This document shows, piece after piece, positions 8,146-17,111 of a DNA stretch of 58,749 bases. Made by a program: the position numbers and the translations under genes. The notes beneath the pieces were generated by a model, which had not been told where the DNA came from, made no database searches, and saw nothing but the letters and a program-made list of their open reading frames with translations. How positions within the stretch are numbered: position 1 is the first letter of the stretch; each line of letters starts with the position of its first letter. Origin of the DNA: a virus (lineage: Duplodnaviria; Caudoviricetes); the IMG/VR virus record IMGVR_UViG_3300037487_001109, positions 1 to 58,749 of that record; one strand, 5' to 3'.

Positions 8146-10682
8146 TCAATATCATAAGGCGCAGGAGTCTGTCCATTGACTTTTGATAAATCTGCACGTA
8201 ATTGTGGTAAAGGGGTAGATTCTAAATTCTGCGCCTGCTGGTCAAGGGTCTGGGCTTGTGCGTCAAGTGCAGCACCGTGGCCAATCTCTGTAGCTTTATT
8301 ACGTGCATCAAGCTGTATTCTAAGTCTATCAGTTTCTGCCTTAGACCTTACACCATCACGCATGATTTCGGCTTTTGTCTGGTTCTGTAAATCAGACCGC
8401 TGCTCTTTAGCCGCCATTGCCGCGTCTTTACGTCTGATATCAGACTGCACCTGAAGATTTTTAAGCTCCTCTTCAGACATAACTTTCTGTTGATTCTCCT
8501 GTGCCTGCTGTTTTCTCTCAATCTCAGCCTGCATCATCTTGGCAGCATTCTTGTGATTTAGTGTTGCATACTGCTCAACCTGCCCCCAAGGACCCTTTGT
8601 CTGCTCAACATAGGACCTAGCAAACATGGAACCTGATAGCACCTTCCAATGCTCTCCCATGTGCGGAATGGCCACTGTAAAAATCTTATCAGCTGTAATT
8701 GGGTCAATCTGCTGCTGCTGAATCCTCTGGATAGTATTTGTACAAAGGGCCAAGTGAGTAGAGAAGTGACCCTTATGCTCGTTATCCGTAGAGAATACAG
8801 GAGATTCGCCTGCACGCATGATAGCGTTTTCAAGCCCAGCCACCGTAGCACCACCACTGGCCTCTGAGCCATCTGTAGATGGGCCAAAGGTATCAATGTA
8901 CTCATTACCCATAGTAGCCAGAACGTATTCACGCTCATAGGCTTTCTGTTGTCTAGGACCAAAGTTAGCAGCAATTGGTTGCAATTCCTGAAGCCCCATT
9001 ATTCTTGCTAATGTAGAACCATCCCCAGCTACTCTAGTGGCTCTGACTTTCAGATGCTCAGGCATTCCCTGAACGTCTAGGTCCCCTACAGCAAATAACT
9101 CTTCAGGTACCCCGTCCTCTATACATCTTCGCTTCCATTCGGCTACATATTCGTAGCCAGGGTAGGTTCTTTTTGACCTTAACATCTTTGAGGTCATGTT
9201 GGTAACCACCCTATCAAGCTGTGAATAGAAGTGGGCAATGTTATTCTTAAGCACCCCAAATTCCCTATAGCTCTGCATACGGGCTTGGGATGGTGCTACT
9301 GAGCCCACACTGGCGTCAGGCGCTCCAGGGTCATCCCCAGAGTTTGTGGTATTGAACTGGATTTTCTGGAGAATGTACTGAGAAGCTTGAATAAGCTGCT
9401 GAATATTGGCCCCGAGCTGATTTTGCACAAACTCGGCAGTCCCTATGTTGGTAGGCACTCCAGGGTAAAAGCGTATGGCCTCAAAGTCCTTAGACCCAGT
9501 TGAGAGTCCTCTGATAATAGGCGTAGCACTCATGCGTGCCATATCGACTATTGAGCAATCAAGCTGCATCATGGCCTGTGAGCCGGAGAAGATTTTATGC
9601 CCTAATCCACGATTTGAGTGAATTGTGAACTCTCCTGGAGAGGCTGTGAAGATGATGATTCCGTCTTCCATACGTTCAAATTGTTTGGATTGCCAAAAGA
9701 GAAAGGACCCGCTGTCGTATCGGGGATGAAACATATAGTGACTGATGCTTCCGTCATACTCCTTATAAAATAAGGTAACGATACGGATTGAGTCAGAGAA
9801 GATTGCGTTAAAGGTGAGGTCTCCATTCTGTACTCTCCTCTGAATATCCATCATGTCATAAAACTGCATATCAGTTTTAGCAAACTGATTAGCTACCCAA
9901 GTCAAAAGGGAGCCTAGTTCCCTTATATTCCAAGGGCACCTGTCATAATCCCAGGGTTTTGTCTTATCTTCCTGAGCCATGTCTTTAAACTGCTCATAGA
10001 TGTCATAGAGGTATTGAGCTGTGTAGACAGTTTCCACAGCAGCTGCCGTCATAAGCGCAATATCAGACTGCGCCTGGTCTTCAATAAAAAAGCGCGGCAG
10101 CTCAATTGTGCGCCATCTCCAGTCCCTTTCATCTGACCATAGAGCAGGCGAGATACCAAACTTCACCAATTGACCGGCAAGGGTATTAAACGCCACAGAA
10201 AATGAAGGCCACGAGCGCACGGTTGTATTCCAATGGGTCGCTAGAGTATTCGCCCATTCAGTCAACTTAGGGTCTTGTTCATTAACTTGTGACTTATTTT
10301 TGGCAACATTTTTGTCAAGCCATTTTCCAGGCCTAATCTGAAATTTTACCAGTGTTTCCGCTTCGTTAAGAAGGTTCCAATAAGCTAAGGCACCACGTTC
10401 GTACAGACTTCTGGCATCTAAATTGTTAAAATTTGAGATGTGGCTGAGTTTATGTTTTGACAACTCTACTGGGCTATAGGGAGGGTTTCCGGCTATTAAG
10501 CCCTCAATCTGGGCGTAGAGGTCAATCCGCCGCAAATGTTCCGTCCTATACTGATAGTAAAGGGATTTTGCACCCTGCACTGTCTGTATAATATTTTCCG
10601 GCGCCTTAAGGACGCCCGGTTTTTCTTGAATAATAGCTCCACGCAGGAAGCCAGGAGTTTCAGGTATTGATTCAATTGCCAT
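8142..10682 (-). CDS. Portal protein
   Basis: 846 aa, helical, Gln-rich C-terminal barrel-like tail, upstream of scaffold and MCP. Confidence 0.75.
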   Translation of the reverse strand: MAIESIPETPGFLRGAIIQEKPGVLKAPENIIQTVQGAKSLYYQYRTEHLRRIDLYAQIEGLIAGNPPYSPVELSKHKLSHISNFNNLDARSLYERGALAYWNLLNEAETLVKFQIRPGKWLDKNVAKNKSQVNEQDPKLTEWANTLATHWNTTVRSWPSFSVAFNTLAGQLVKFGISPALWSDERDWRWRTIELPRFFIEDQAQSDIALMTAAAVETVYTAQYLYDIYEQFKDMAQEDKTKPWDYDRCPWNIRELGSLLTWVANQFAKTDMQFYDMMDIQRRVQNGDLTFNAIFSDSIRIVTLFYKEYDGSISHYMFHPRYDSGSFLFWQSKQFERMEDGIIIFTASPGEFTIHSNRGLGHKIFSGSQAMMQLDCSIVDMARMSATPIIRGLSTGSKDFEAIRFYPGVPTNIGTAEFVQNQLGANIQQLIQASQYILQKIQFNTTNSGDDPGAPDASVGSVAPSQARMQSYREFGVLKNNIAHFYSQLDRVVTNMTSKMLRSKRTYPGYEYVAEWKRRCIEDGVPEELFAVGDLDVQGMPEHLKVRATRVAGDGSTLARIMGLQELQPIAANFGPRQQKAYEREYVLATMGNEYIDTFGPSTDGSEASGGATVAGLENAIMRAGESPVFSTDNEHKGHFSTHLALCTNTIQRIQQQQIDPITADKIFTVAIPHMGEHWKVLSGSMFARSYVEQTKGPWGQVEQYATLNHKNAAKMMQAEIERKQQAQENQQKVMSEEELKNLQVQSDIRRKDAAMAAKEQRSDLQNQTKAEIMRDGVRSKAETDRLRIQLDARNKATEIGHGAALDAQAQTLDQQAQNLESTPLPQLRADLSKVNGQTPAPYDIE

Positions 10683-11259
10683 CTATTGCTTCTTTTTTCT
10701 GCCAACAAAAATCAGGAAAATCTTCTAACTGTTTCTTTGGGAACTTAAACTGCCCAGTATACCACACTTTTGCTCTCATTGGGCATGAGCACACATCACA
10801 GTTACCCAAGGCATCGTGGTACTTGGCTTTTCTGTCCCCTGCCGACATCAGCGCAATTTCGTCTGACCACTGAACAAATTTCCCTTTGTCGGGAAATACA
10901 TTCTTTGGGCACGTAAAACACACGTAAGAGCGTGCATCCGCAGTCTCTTGCGTTACAAATTTAGAATACAGTAGATTTGTAATCAGTGCTATACCACCTT
11001 TTATAGTTGGTATAAGGCCCCGCTTTAAGGGTGGCCGTGGCCGGCAGCTTCCTATGTGCTCAGGGAGGTTACACAGGTAGTGCTCCACTACAGTTTCAAG
11101 ATATGGAATTTCTGGTAGTTCATTCTGGGAACGGTACCCCCGTATCTGTCTATACAGCTCCTCATAGGAGTTTCCTACGTACACTTTATTCTTAACATCC
11201 GGGTCCTTAAACCTGAAAATTTTAGGGGAATTGAACTTATTGAACTGGAGGAATGTCAT
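10672..11259 (-). CDS. Cys-rich (Zn-binding) conserved phage protein
   Basis: CFTCPKN...CDVCSC...KVW...PDFCW pattern; first gene of the head operon. Confidence 0.65.
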   Translation of the reverse strand: MTFLQFNKFNSPKIFRFKDPDVKNKVYVGNSYEELYRQIRGYRSQNELPEIPYLETVVEHYLCNLPEHIGSCRPRPPLKRGLIPTIKGGIALITNLLYSKFVTQETADARSYVCFTCPKNVFPDKGKFVQWSDEIALMSAGDRKAKYHDALGNCDVCSCPMRAKVWYTGQFKFPKKQLEDFPDFCWQKKEAIDGN

Positions 11260-11306
11260 ATTGTTATTGTCCTACAAAATGATTTATTGTGCTACTATAC
11301 GTTTAT

Positions 11307-13217
11307 ATGAATATCGAAGAACTTATCAAGAATGAAAATTGGGTTATCCACTCAGAAAAAGGGGTAAAAACAATTGAAGCATTCGGACAGAGGTTCGGGC
11401 TTACTCACCCAGTCCAGGTATATCTAAAACTCTACCGCACAGAACAAAACCCTGAACTTAAATATCAGTACATGAAGGCTGCCCATGACATGCTATGGCC
11501 AAAGACTCTATGGCACTACTGGACTGAAGACAGGTTTCGGGAACACTGTAATGGGTGGAACTACCTTTCATGGGCAGGCGGAGCGTCTACGGCCAAGTCC
11601 TATGACGCTGCAAAGATTGCTTTATTATTCTGGCTAGCGAATCCAAAGAAACGTGCCGTTGTAATTGCATCTACTACATTAGAATCCCTTGGCGCTCGTG
11701 TATGGGGTTATTGCACGGGACTCCTAAGCGAAATGGCCGTAAAGCTTCCATTTCAATATCTTGGCGGGCAGTCTCCAAAGGTCCTCTACCCTCCTAACAA
11801 ATTTGATAAAACAGCCATTCGAGATAGTCGGCACGCAATGTTTGCCATAGCTGCAAAGTCAGGAGATGACGATAAGGCAATTTCAAGCACAATCGGCCGG
11901 CACCCAGATGACGCCCTTATGGTGGTGCTTGATGAATGTACAGACTTAAACACAGCCATTGCAAGAGCCTTTCCCAATCTAGATTCAGGCGAGAAGCCCT
12001 TCCAGTTGATAGGCATTGGTAACTCAAATTCAATGTTTGACCTCCACGGTGCCCTTTCAACACCTCTTAACGGCTGGCCATCGGTTGACCCCCTGGTCGA
12101 TTGTAAATGGCCGACTGTACAGAAAAAAGGTTTGTGCATGTTTTTCAGCTGCTACAACTCACCTGCAGTACATGAAATTGACCCTGTGCGTAAAAAGAAG
12201 CTGGCACAGTTTCTTATTACCCAGGGGCAGATAGATGAGAAAGAAAAGCTGCTCGGGAAAGACTCTGACCTTTTCTACCGGTTCGTACTTGGTTTTTGGA
12301 AAAGCACATCAACAGATAAAACTGTAATGAGTAAACAGTTTCTGGATGGCTTTGACATTAAACAGAAAGCAGAGTGGCTAGGGGTCTCCCCACTTCACAC
12401 TGTTGCAGGCCTTGACCCGGCTTTCAGCACAGGTGGGGATAAGTGTATATTGAGACTAGGCGTACTTGGGCAAACAACAGATGGCGGAGTGGTGCTTGAT
12501 TTTAGAGGTAATGATTTACTTTTCGACATCCGAATCAAAGCGTCACATGGGAGAAGCGGGAAAAGCGCAGAACTTCAGATTGCAGAAAGCGTGTGCGACA
12601 TTTTACAGAAATATAACGTAAGCCTTAAAGACCTTGCAATTGATTCAAACGGGCAAGGTAGAGCGTTAGGCGGCACCATATACTTAGAAATGGCGAGACG
12701 TGTTGGCCAGATGCACGAGCCTCTGAAAATCTACAGCACAAGAGGTGGTAGTAATGTAGTCAACAGTTTTGGCATGATTATCAAAACATCTCTGGACCTG
12801 TGGAATGATTTAAGAAAATACCTTGAACATAATCAGTTAAAGGGGATTGACGAAATTGCAGCTGCACAGTTATCCCACAGGTGGATTATTCAGGATAAAA
12901 TAAGTCTCAGGCAGCGGCTAGAAACAAAGACTGAGTTTAAAAAGAGAATGGGTGCAGTCCTGCCCTCAATGGCACACAGTCCAGATGAAGCAGACTCAGC
13001 GGCACTGTGCCTCCAGTCTGCAATACATAATTACGGGTTTGCTCTGGGGCAAAGAAAGGATTTACCTGTAATAGAGACATTTGCACACGAGAAGATGCTT
13101 GCGTATCAGGGGCAAAGACATATTGCTATGGTGCAGGAACAGTCTAGTGCACCACATCTAGTGGCAGACTTTTCAGGAACCGTCGAAGATTATGCGGCAA
13201 AACGGTCATCTTTTTAA
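11307..13217 (+). CDS. terL: Terminase large subunit
   Basis: Walker A GGASTAKS, Walker B VVLDE, coupling motif GIGN, RNase H-like GLDPAFSTGGD and SPDEADS; ATG 11307 chosen over upstream GTG 11289. Confidence 0.9.
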   Translation: MNIEELIKNENWVIHSEKGVKTIEAFGQRFGLTHPVQVYLKLYRTEQNPELKYQYMKAAHDMLWPKTLWHYWTEDRFREHCNGWNYLSWAGGASTAKSYDAAKIALLFWLANPKKRAVVIASTTLESLGARVWGYCTGLLSEMAVKLPFQYLGGQSPKVLYPPNKFDKTAIRDSRHAMFAIAAKSGDDDKAISSTIGRHPDDALMVVLDECTDLNTAIARAFPNLDSGEKPFQLIGIGNSNSMFDLHGALSTPLNGWPSVDPLVDCKWPTVQKKGLCMFFSCYNSPAVHEIDPVRKKKLAQFLITQGQIDEKEKLLGKDSDLFYRFVLGFWKSTSTDKTVMSKQFLDGFDIKQKAEWLGVSPLHTVAGLDPAFSTGGDKCILRLGVLGQTTDGGVVLDFRGNDLLFDIRIKASHGRSGKSAELQIAESVCDILQKYNVSLKDLAIDSNGQGRALGGTIYLEMARRVGQMHEPLKIYSTRGGSNVVNSFGMIIKTSLDLWNDLRKYLEHNQLKGIDEIAAAQLSHRWIIQDKISLRQRLETKTEFKKRMGAVLPSMAHSPDEADSAALCLQSAIHNYGFALGQRKDLPVIETFAHEKMLAYQGQRHIAMVQEQSSAPHLVADFSGTVEDYAAKRSSF

Positions 13218-13461
13218 GATATCGCTGTCCGCGTTTCCCGATTTCTATGAAGCACCCGTCAGGGTGCAGTACTATAGAGTCATCCGGCATTATTACCCCA
13301 TGCAGTATATTAGAGTCAGAAGCATAGTGCAGAAGTTCTACTACATCCATACCCAGATACGGGGCTATACGCTCTGCACGCTCAAATCTCTTAAGGGCTA
13401 CTTTACGCAGGCGCTTTTTATTTCTTTTCCCAGCGCACTCATAAAAGAAGTTCTCAATCAT
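13144..13461 (-). CDS. Hypothetical protein
   Basis: ATG 13461 coupled to the stop of the upstream gene; 3' end overlaps the terL 3' end by 74 bp. Confidence 0.45.
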   Translation of the reverse strand: MIENFFYECAGKRNKKRLRKVALKRFERAERIAPYLGMDVVELLHYASDSNILHGVIMPDDSIVLHPDGCFIEIGKRGQRYLKKMTVLPHNLRRFLKSLPLDVVH

Positions 13462-13765
13462 CAAGAGGTGGGAAGACAATATCTTTCCGTGTAGATTCGC
13501 CTTTATAACCATATGGTAAACATAACAGGTCTCGTTGGTGTTTTACAGCCTTAATACTGGCGTCTACCAGGCGAGTTACACCGGCAATAGATTTTACCTG
13601 TGGCCACATCTGATAGATTACGTTTATTTCCAGATTACTCATCTGCAGGTGCAGTCTATTTATCTCTGCATCTGACATCTGCTCACCCACTGCTGGCAGT
13701 GGGGGAACTGATATAGTTGGTAATTGTACATCTGGGAGTTCATCGTTATTGTTGTTATCGGACAT
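13454..13765 (-). CDS. Hypothetical protein (candidate terminase small subunit by position only)
   Basis: 103-aa ORF next to terL and HNH. Confidence 0.5.
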   Translation of the reverse strand: MSDNNNNDELPDVQLPTISVPPLPAVGEQMSDAEINRLHLQMSNLEINVIYQMWPQVKSIAGVTRLVDASIKAVKHQRDLLCLPYGYKGESTRKDIVFPPLDD

Positions 13766-13770
13766 AGTGA

Positions 13771-14379
13771 TTATTTTTTAGTGTTCTCTATAAAATTATC
13801 CAGTAGCTTCTCTACTTTGGCAAGGGTGGATTCACGTTTCAGGGTATCTGTCGCAGTATATAGCACAGTACGTAGTTTAAGTTGAATGCCGTGACCCATT
13901 TTTAGATGTTCACTTTTATCAGAATATAAAATCAGGTTGTCTATATGATTATGCAGAGTGTTACCGTCTCGGTGATGCACAACCTCTACTTTTGTGAGAT
14001 AGCGCTGCAAGTGTCTCTCCATTACCAATTGATGATGAGGCACCTGCCCAGAGCTATTTGAGTTCGGGTGCTGCGGATAGTGCACTTCCCTATATCCTTT
14101 AGCTGTAACGTGAGATGTGAAGTTTGAATCTACACTTCCAGGCAATTCAAAATGTGGAGTACCTATATTATGGCACTTATCAAAGTGCAGTTTATGCGGA
14201 TGCCTGAATCCTGCTTTCTTAAGATTTTGTATATCTGTCTCCAGATACAGGTACTGCGGTATCTTATACTTTTTTCCGGTGTCTTTCTTCTCAATAGTGT
14301 GACGGTCTGCAAGCTGCATGAAGAACTTGCGGGATACTCTTAATATTTTGCGGGCTTCTGTTGCTGTTATATACGTCAT
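13771..14379 (-). CDS. HTH + HNH endonuclease
   Basis: N-terminal excisionase-like HTH (ITATEARKILRVSR); HQLVMERHL...VVHHRDGNTLHNHIDNL HNH motif. Confidence 0.85.
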   Translation of the reverse strand: MTYITATEARKILRVSRKFFMQLADRHTIEKKDTGKKYKIPQYLYLETDIQNLKKAGFRHPHKLHFDKCHNIGTPHFELPGSVDSNFTSHVTAKGYREVHYPQHPNSNSSGQVPHHQLVMERHLQRYLTKVEVVHHRDGNTLHNHIDNLILYSDKSEHLKMGHGIQLKLRTVLYTATDTLKRESTLAKVEKLLDNFIENTKK

Positions 14380-14385
14380 GTCCGC

Positions 14386-14414
14386 AGTCTACAGGTAGTT
14401 AGGTACACAGTCAA
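14386..14414 (-). promoter_or_regulatory. Sigma70-like promoter, leaderless start of the HNH gene
   Basis: TTGACT-17-TAGACT, 6 nt before ATG 14379. Confidence 0.65.
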
Positions 14415-14416
14415 TG

Positions 14417-14542
14417 ACTGACTATATAACTTTTTGTTTGATAATGTGAAATAATTGGGTGGGGTATGTATGGTCAAGTACTGATTATATAACTTTTTGT
14501 TTGATAATGTGAAATAATTGGGCGGGGTATGTATGGTCAGGT
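14417..14542. repeat. 63-bp tandem duplication (2 copies) in the non-coding putative genome-end region
   Basis: actga[c/t]tatataactttttgtttgataatgtgaaataattggg[t/c]ggggtatgtatggtca[a/g]gt x2. Confidence 0.9.
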
Positions 14543-14755
14543 CAACTGGAAGGCCCGCCCCCCCTTCCTATATACTACTTTTATCTAATACAATTTCACT
14601 ATATATAAATATACCTACCCCGGGGGTTTCCTGGATCTCTCTCCGTGCCGTGTTTTGAAATTAAAAGATACCTGCCACTTTCAGATTATTCGCTCTACCG
14701 CACGAGTTCAAACTAATAACCTAAACGAGAACATGAAAACTAATCACTAACGGCT

Positions 14756-14787
14756 CGTGCGCGTGCGCATACGTGTGTGTGTGTGTG
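14756..14787. other. 32-bp perfect purine-pyrimidine alternation including a (GT)n tract
   Basis: cgtgcgcgtgcgcatacgtgtgtgtgtgtgtg. Confidence 0.85.
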
Positions 14788-14823
14788 ATGTGTCTTGGCG
14801 CGTGGAAGATTAGAACTTTTTGT

Positions 14824-14853
14824 TTGACATGCTTTGATTAATTATGCTAACGT
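14824..14853 (+). promoter_or_regulatory. Early sigma70-like promoter
   Basis: TTGACA-18-TAACGT with extended -10 TG, upstream of the early operon. Confidence 0.6.
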
Positions 14854-14896
14854 GGAAAGTACTGGAATAATCCAGCAAAAATTGGAGAATAATAAA

Positions 14897-15187
14897 ATGA
14901 ATAATATAAATAAAACCGAAGTCGGCCCCGAGATGCGCGAGAATATACTGGAAAGAATGCGTGATATCTTTTATTCAAATGAAAGGTATTATGATGGGTG
15001 TAACGCAGAAGTACTGCGTGATATCCAAGATAACGCGACAGTAAACCAACTGCTCTCTATTTTATTTACCATGCAAGCTGGAAGATTCTTTAAACTTACT
15101 GCACGCGATTATCTAACCCACACTGTATTCCTAAACCAATCGGGAATGGTAATAGGAATAGAGACCGATGGTTATACGCACTCTTAA
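14897..15187 (+). CDS. Early hypothetical protein
   Basis: AAAATTGGAG RBS then ATG 14897. Confidence 0.7.
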   Translation: MNNINKTEVGPEMRENILERMRDIFYSNERYYDGCNAEVLRDIQDNATVNQLLSILFTMQAGRFFKLTARDYLTHTVFLNQSGMVIGIETDGYTHS

Positions 15188-15199
15188 ACTAATGCATTA

Positions 15200-15220
15200 G
15201 ATATCAGCTCTGCTGATATC
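15200..15220 (+). promoter_or_regulatory. Intergenic hairpin (RNase III-like processing site candidate)
   Basis: gatatcagc-tct-gctgatatc, extendable by a lower stem, no U-tract. Confidence 0.55.
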
Positions 15221-15222
15221 GC

Positions 15223-15241
15223 TGGATTAATTTAAAATTGG
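15223..15241. repeat. 19-bp direct repeat, copy 1 (copy 2 at 15673-15691), flanking radC
   Basis: tggattaatttaaaattgg in both places. Confidence 0.9.
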
Positions 15242-15250
15242 GGTAAACAA

Positions 15251-15685
15251 ATGGATACAAATAAATTACGAGAAGTAGTCGTGTCTTTTAAAAAAACAAA
15301 TAAAACTTACTCAAGCATCAGGCGTGCTAGTGATGTCGCTGCAGTAGTACGTAAATGCTTAATAACAAATGCTAAAGAGAACTTTATAGCGCTATACCTA
15401 GATGGAGCGCACGCAGTTATAGCCTATTCAGTAGTCAGTGTAGGCCTACAGAATGCAACACAAGTACACCCAAGAGAGGTGTTCCAAGCTGCTATACTCT
15501 GCGGGGCACGCGCATTAGTAGTGGCGCATAATCATCCAAGTGGCTGCCTTGAACCAAGTAACGCAGACAAAGAAGTAACAAAAAATTTAAAATCAGCCGG
15601 AGATTTGCTAGGTATAAAACTATTAGATCACGTGATAGTTACTGAAACGTCAGAATACAGTTTTATGGAGAGTGGATTAATTTAA
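15251..15685 (+). CDS. radC: RadC-family JAB/MPN domain protein
   Basis: E...HPREVF...AHNHPSGCLEPSNAD...LLDHVIV. Confidence 0.92.
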   Translation: MDTNKLREVVVSFKKTNKTYSSIRRASDVAAVVRKCLITNAKENFIALYLDGAHAVIAYSVVSVGLQNATQVHPREVFQAAILCGARALVVAHNHPSGCLEPSNADKEVTKNLKSAGDLLGIKLLDHVIVTETSEYSFMESGLI

Positions 15686-15701
15686 AATTGGAGAAAACAT
15701 T

Positions 15702-15956
15702 ATGACAATTGAGAAGACTGAGAGCGAATTAATACAAGAAGCATGGGAAGTACAGAATGCGTGTAACCTATCCGGAGTGGTGCATAGTTTTAGCGCTGCA
15801 ATATCTAGGCTGTGGACTATATACCAGACCGAAAATAAAAAATTCAGCACTACGGATATAGCCGAGCATATAGTCAGTAAATTATATGCGAGCAAAATCA
15901 TGTCATTATCCGGAGACCTGCCAATTGATCTATCAAGCTATGGTATTAAATATTGA
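15702..15956 (+). CDS. Early hypothetical protein
   Basis: AAAATTGGAG RBS. Confidence 0.7.
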   Translation: MTIEKTESELIQEAWEVQNACNLSGVVHSFSAAISRLWTIYQTENKKFSTTDIAEHIVSKLYASKIMSLSGDLPIDLSSYGIKY

Positions 15957-15958
15957 TT

Positions 15959-15997
15959 TGATTTAGTCAGAGACCTGACAGGTCTCTGATTAAATTA
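15959..15997 (+). promoter_or_regulatory. Long intergenic hairpin (RNase III-like site candidate)
   Basis: tgatttagtcagagacctg-a-caggtctctgattaaatta. Confidence 0.6.
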
Positions 15998-16034
15998 GTT
16001 CAATTATGGGCTAATTAAATTGGATAACAAAAAC

Positions 16035-16553
16035 ATGGAATTATTAATTAATCACACTAGCGAATCAAATGCTTATGAAGTTGCTGACTATCCATATGGG
16101 TACACGGCGAGATGTAAGATTAGATACTGGATTGAAACAACTAAGCACAAGCAAAGATCCTGCAGGCAGACCACCAATCCAAAAACCGGCCGATGGAATA
16201 AGCCGCAAAAATCGACCTACAGTGATTTAGTGGTATTATTTATTGAAGATGATACAGGGCACGTAAAACGCACTAGTTATAATATTCAATATGGTGAATA
16301 TCCTACATGGAAAACTTTTTTAGAGAAGTATCAATCTGTACTAGTATCACCTTATGAAATAGCACGGATAAAATACGGTAACGCGATATTTAGGGCACGT
16401 GAAATCCTGTATATTAAATCATTGGAACACTGCGCTTCCGGTAATATCTATGATGTACCGCAGAATTTTCGCGGTAAAATATCAACGGAAGCACTGTTAT
16501 TGGCCGCGAAAGAATCGGGATATGGCTTTAAATCAAGTTTAATGGAGGCATAA
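16035..16553 (+). CDS. Conserved early phage protein
   Basis: DYPYGYTARCKIRYWIET...TTNPKTGRWNKPQKSTYS; AAATTGGAT RBS. Confidence 0.7.
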   Translation: MELLINHTSESNAYEVADYPYGYTARCKIRYWIETTKHKQRSCRQTTNPKTGRWNKPQKSTYSDLVVLFIEDDTGHVKRTSYNIQYGEYPTWKTFLEKYQSVLVSPYEIARIKYGNAIFRAREILYIKSLEHCASGNIYDVPQNFRGKISTEALLLAAKESGYGFKSSLMEA

Positions 16554-16774
16554 TGGAACCGATTAAAACATTGCAAGAGAGGTTATTAGCTGCAGGAGTT
16601 GGAATAGATCATCATTGTAGTGATTTATACTTCCCAGTCAGTGAAATCAGTAATAAGATACTGAGAGAGTATACGCTTGAATCTGCTATCAAGCCGAGTG
16701 TAGGCGCCTTTATCTGTAATATATCCAAAGCGCCTTGGTATGAGGTGCCTTTTCATTACAGTAAGACAGAATAG
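16553..16774 (+). CDS. Small conserved phage protein
   Basis: IDHHCSDLYFP...WYEVPF; GGAGG RBS, coupled start. Confidence 0.7.
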   Translation: MEPIKTLQERLLAAGVGIDHHCSDLYFPVSEISNKILREYTLESAIKPSVGAFICNISKAPWYEVPFHYSKTE

Positions 16775-16816
16775 TTAATATGATAGCAGGCTTTAAAACC
16801 TGCTATCGCTTAACTA
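16772..16816 (+). promoter_or_regulatory. Stem-internal loop-stem hairpin (RNase III-like site candidate)
   Basis: tagttaa/tat/gatagcagg...cctgctatc/gc/ttaacta. Confidence 0.6.
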
Positions 16817-16849
16817 GTCAATCACGGCTAGTAAATTGGAGTAAATTAC

Positions 16850-17080
16850 ATGAAAGCAGGCAAAGCACTGACGGAGATACCAAGATTTAACATAGTTAAA
16901 ATAATAACTAATGTGATTAATAACGCACTAAGCATTGAGCACGAGATACTTAAAACTGACATTATTCAATCTGAGATTAGAATCAGCTATTTGAATGCAT
17001 GCAAAATCCATGGTGCTGATACTATCCGCGTAGAATTAGCACGGTTGTACACACTGGAAGAATTGTTAATAGATGCATAA
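16850..17080 (+). CDS. Early hypothetical protein
   Basis: AAATTGGAGTAA RBS. Confidence 0.65.
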   Translation: MKAGKALTEIPRFNIVKIITNVINNALSIEHEILKTDIIQSEIRISYLNACKIHGADTIRVELARLYTLEELLIDA

Positions 17081-17111
17081 TTTAAATTTAATAAAATTGG
17101 AGATTACTAAT

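Noticed and set aside
13771-14379. Integration/excision module suggested by the excisionase-like HTH
   Set aside because: The HTH is fused to an HNH, and no tyrosine or serine recombinase is present
14417-14542. Mini-CRISPR array
   Set aside because: Head-to-tail duplication with no spacer
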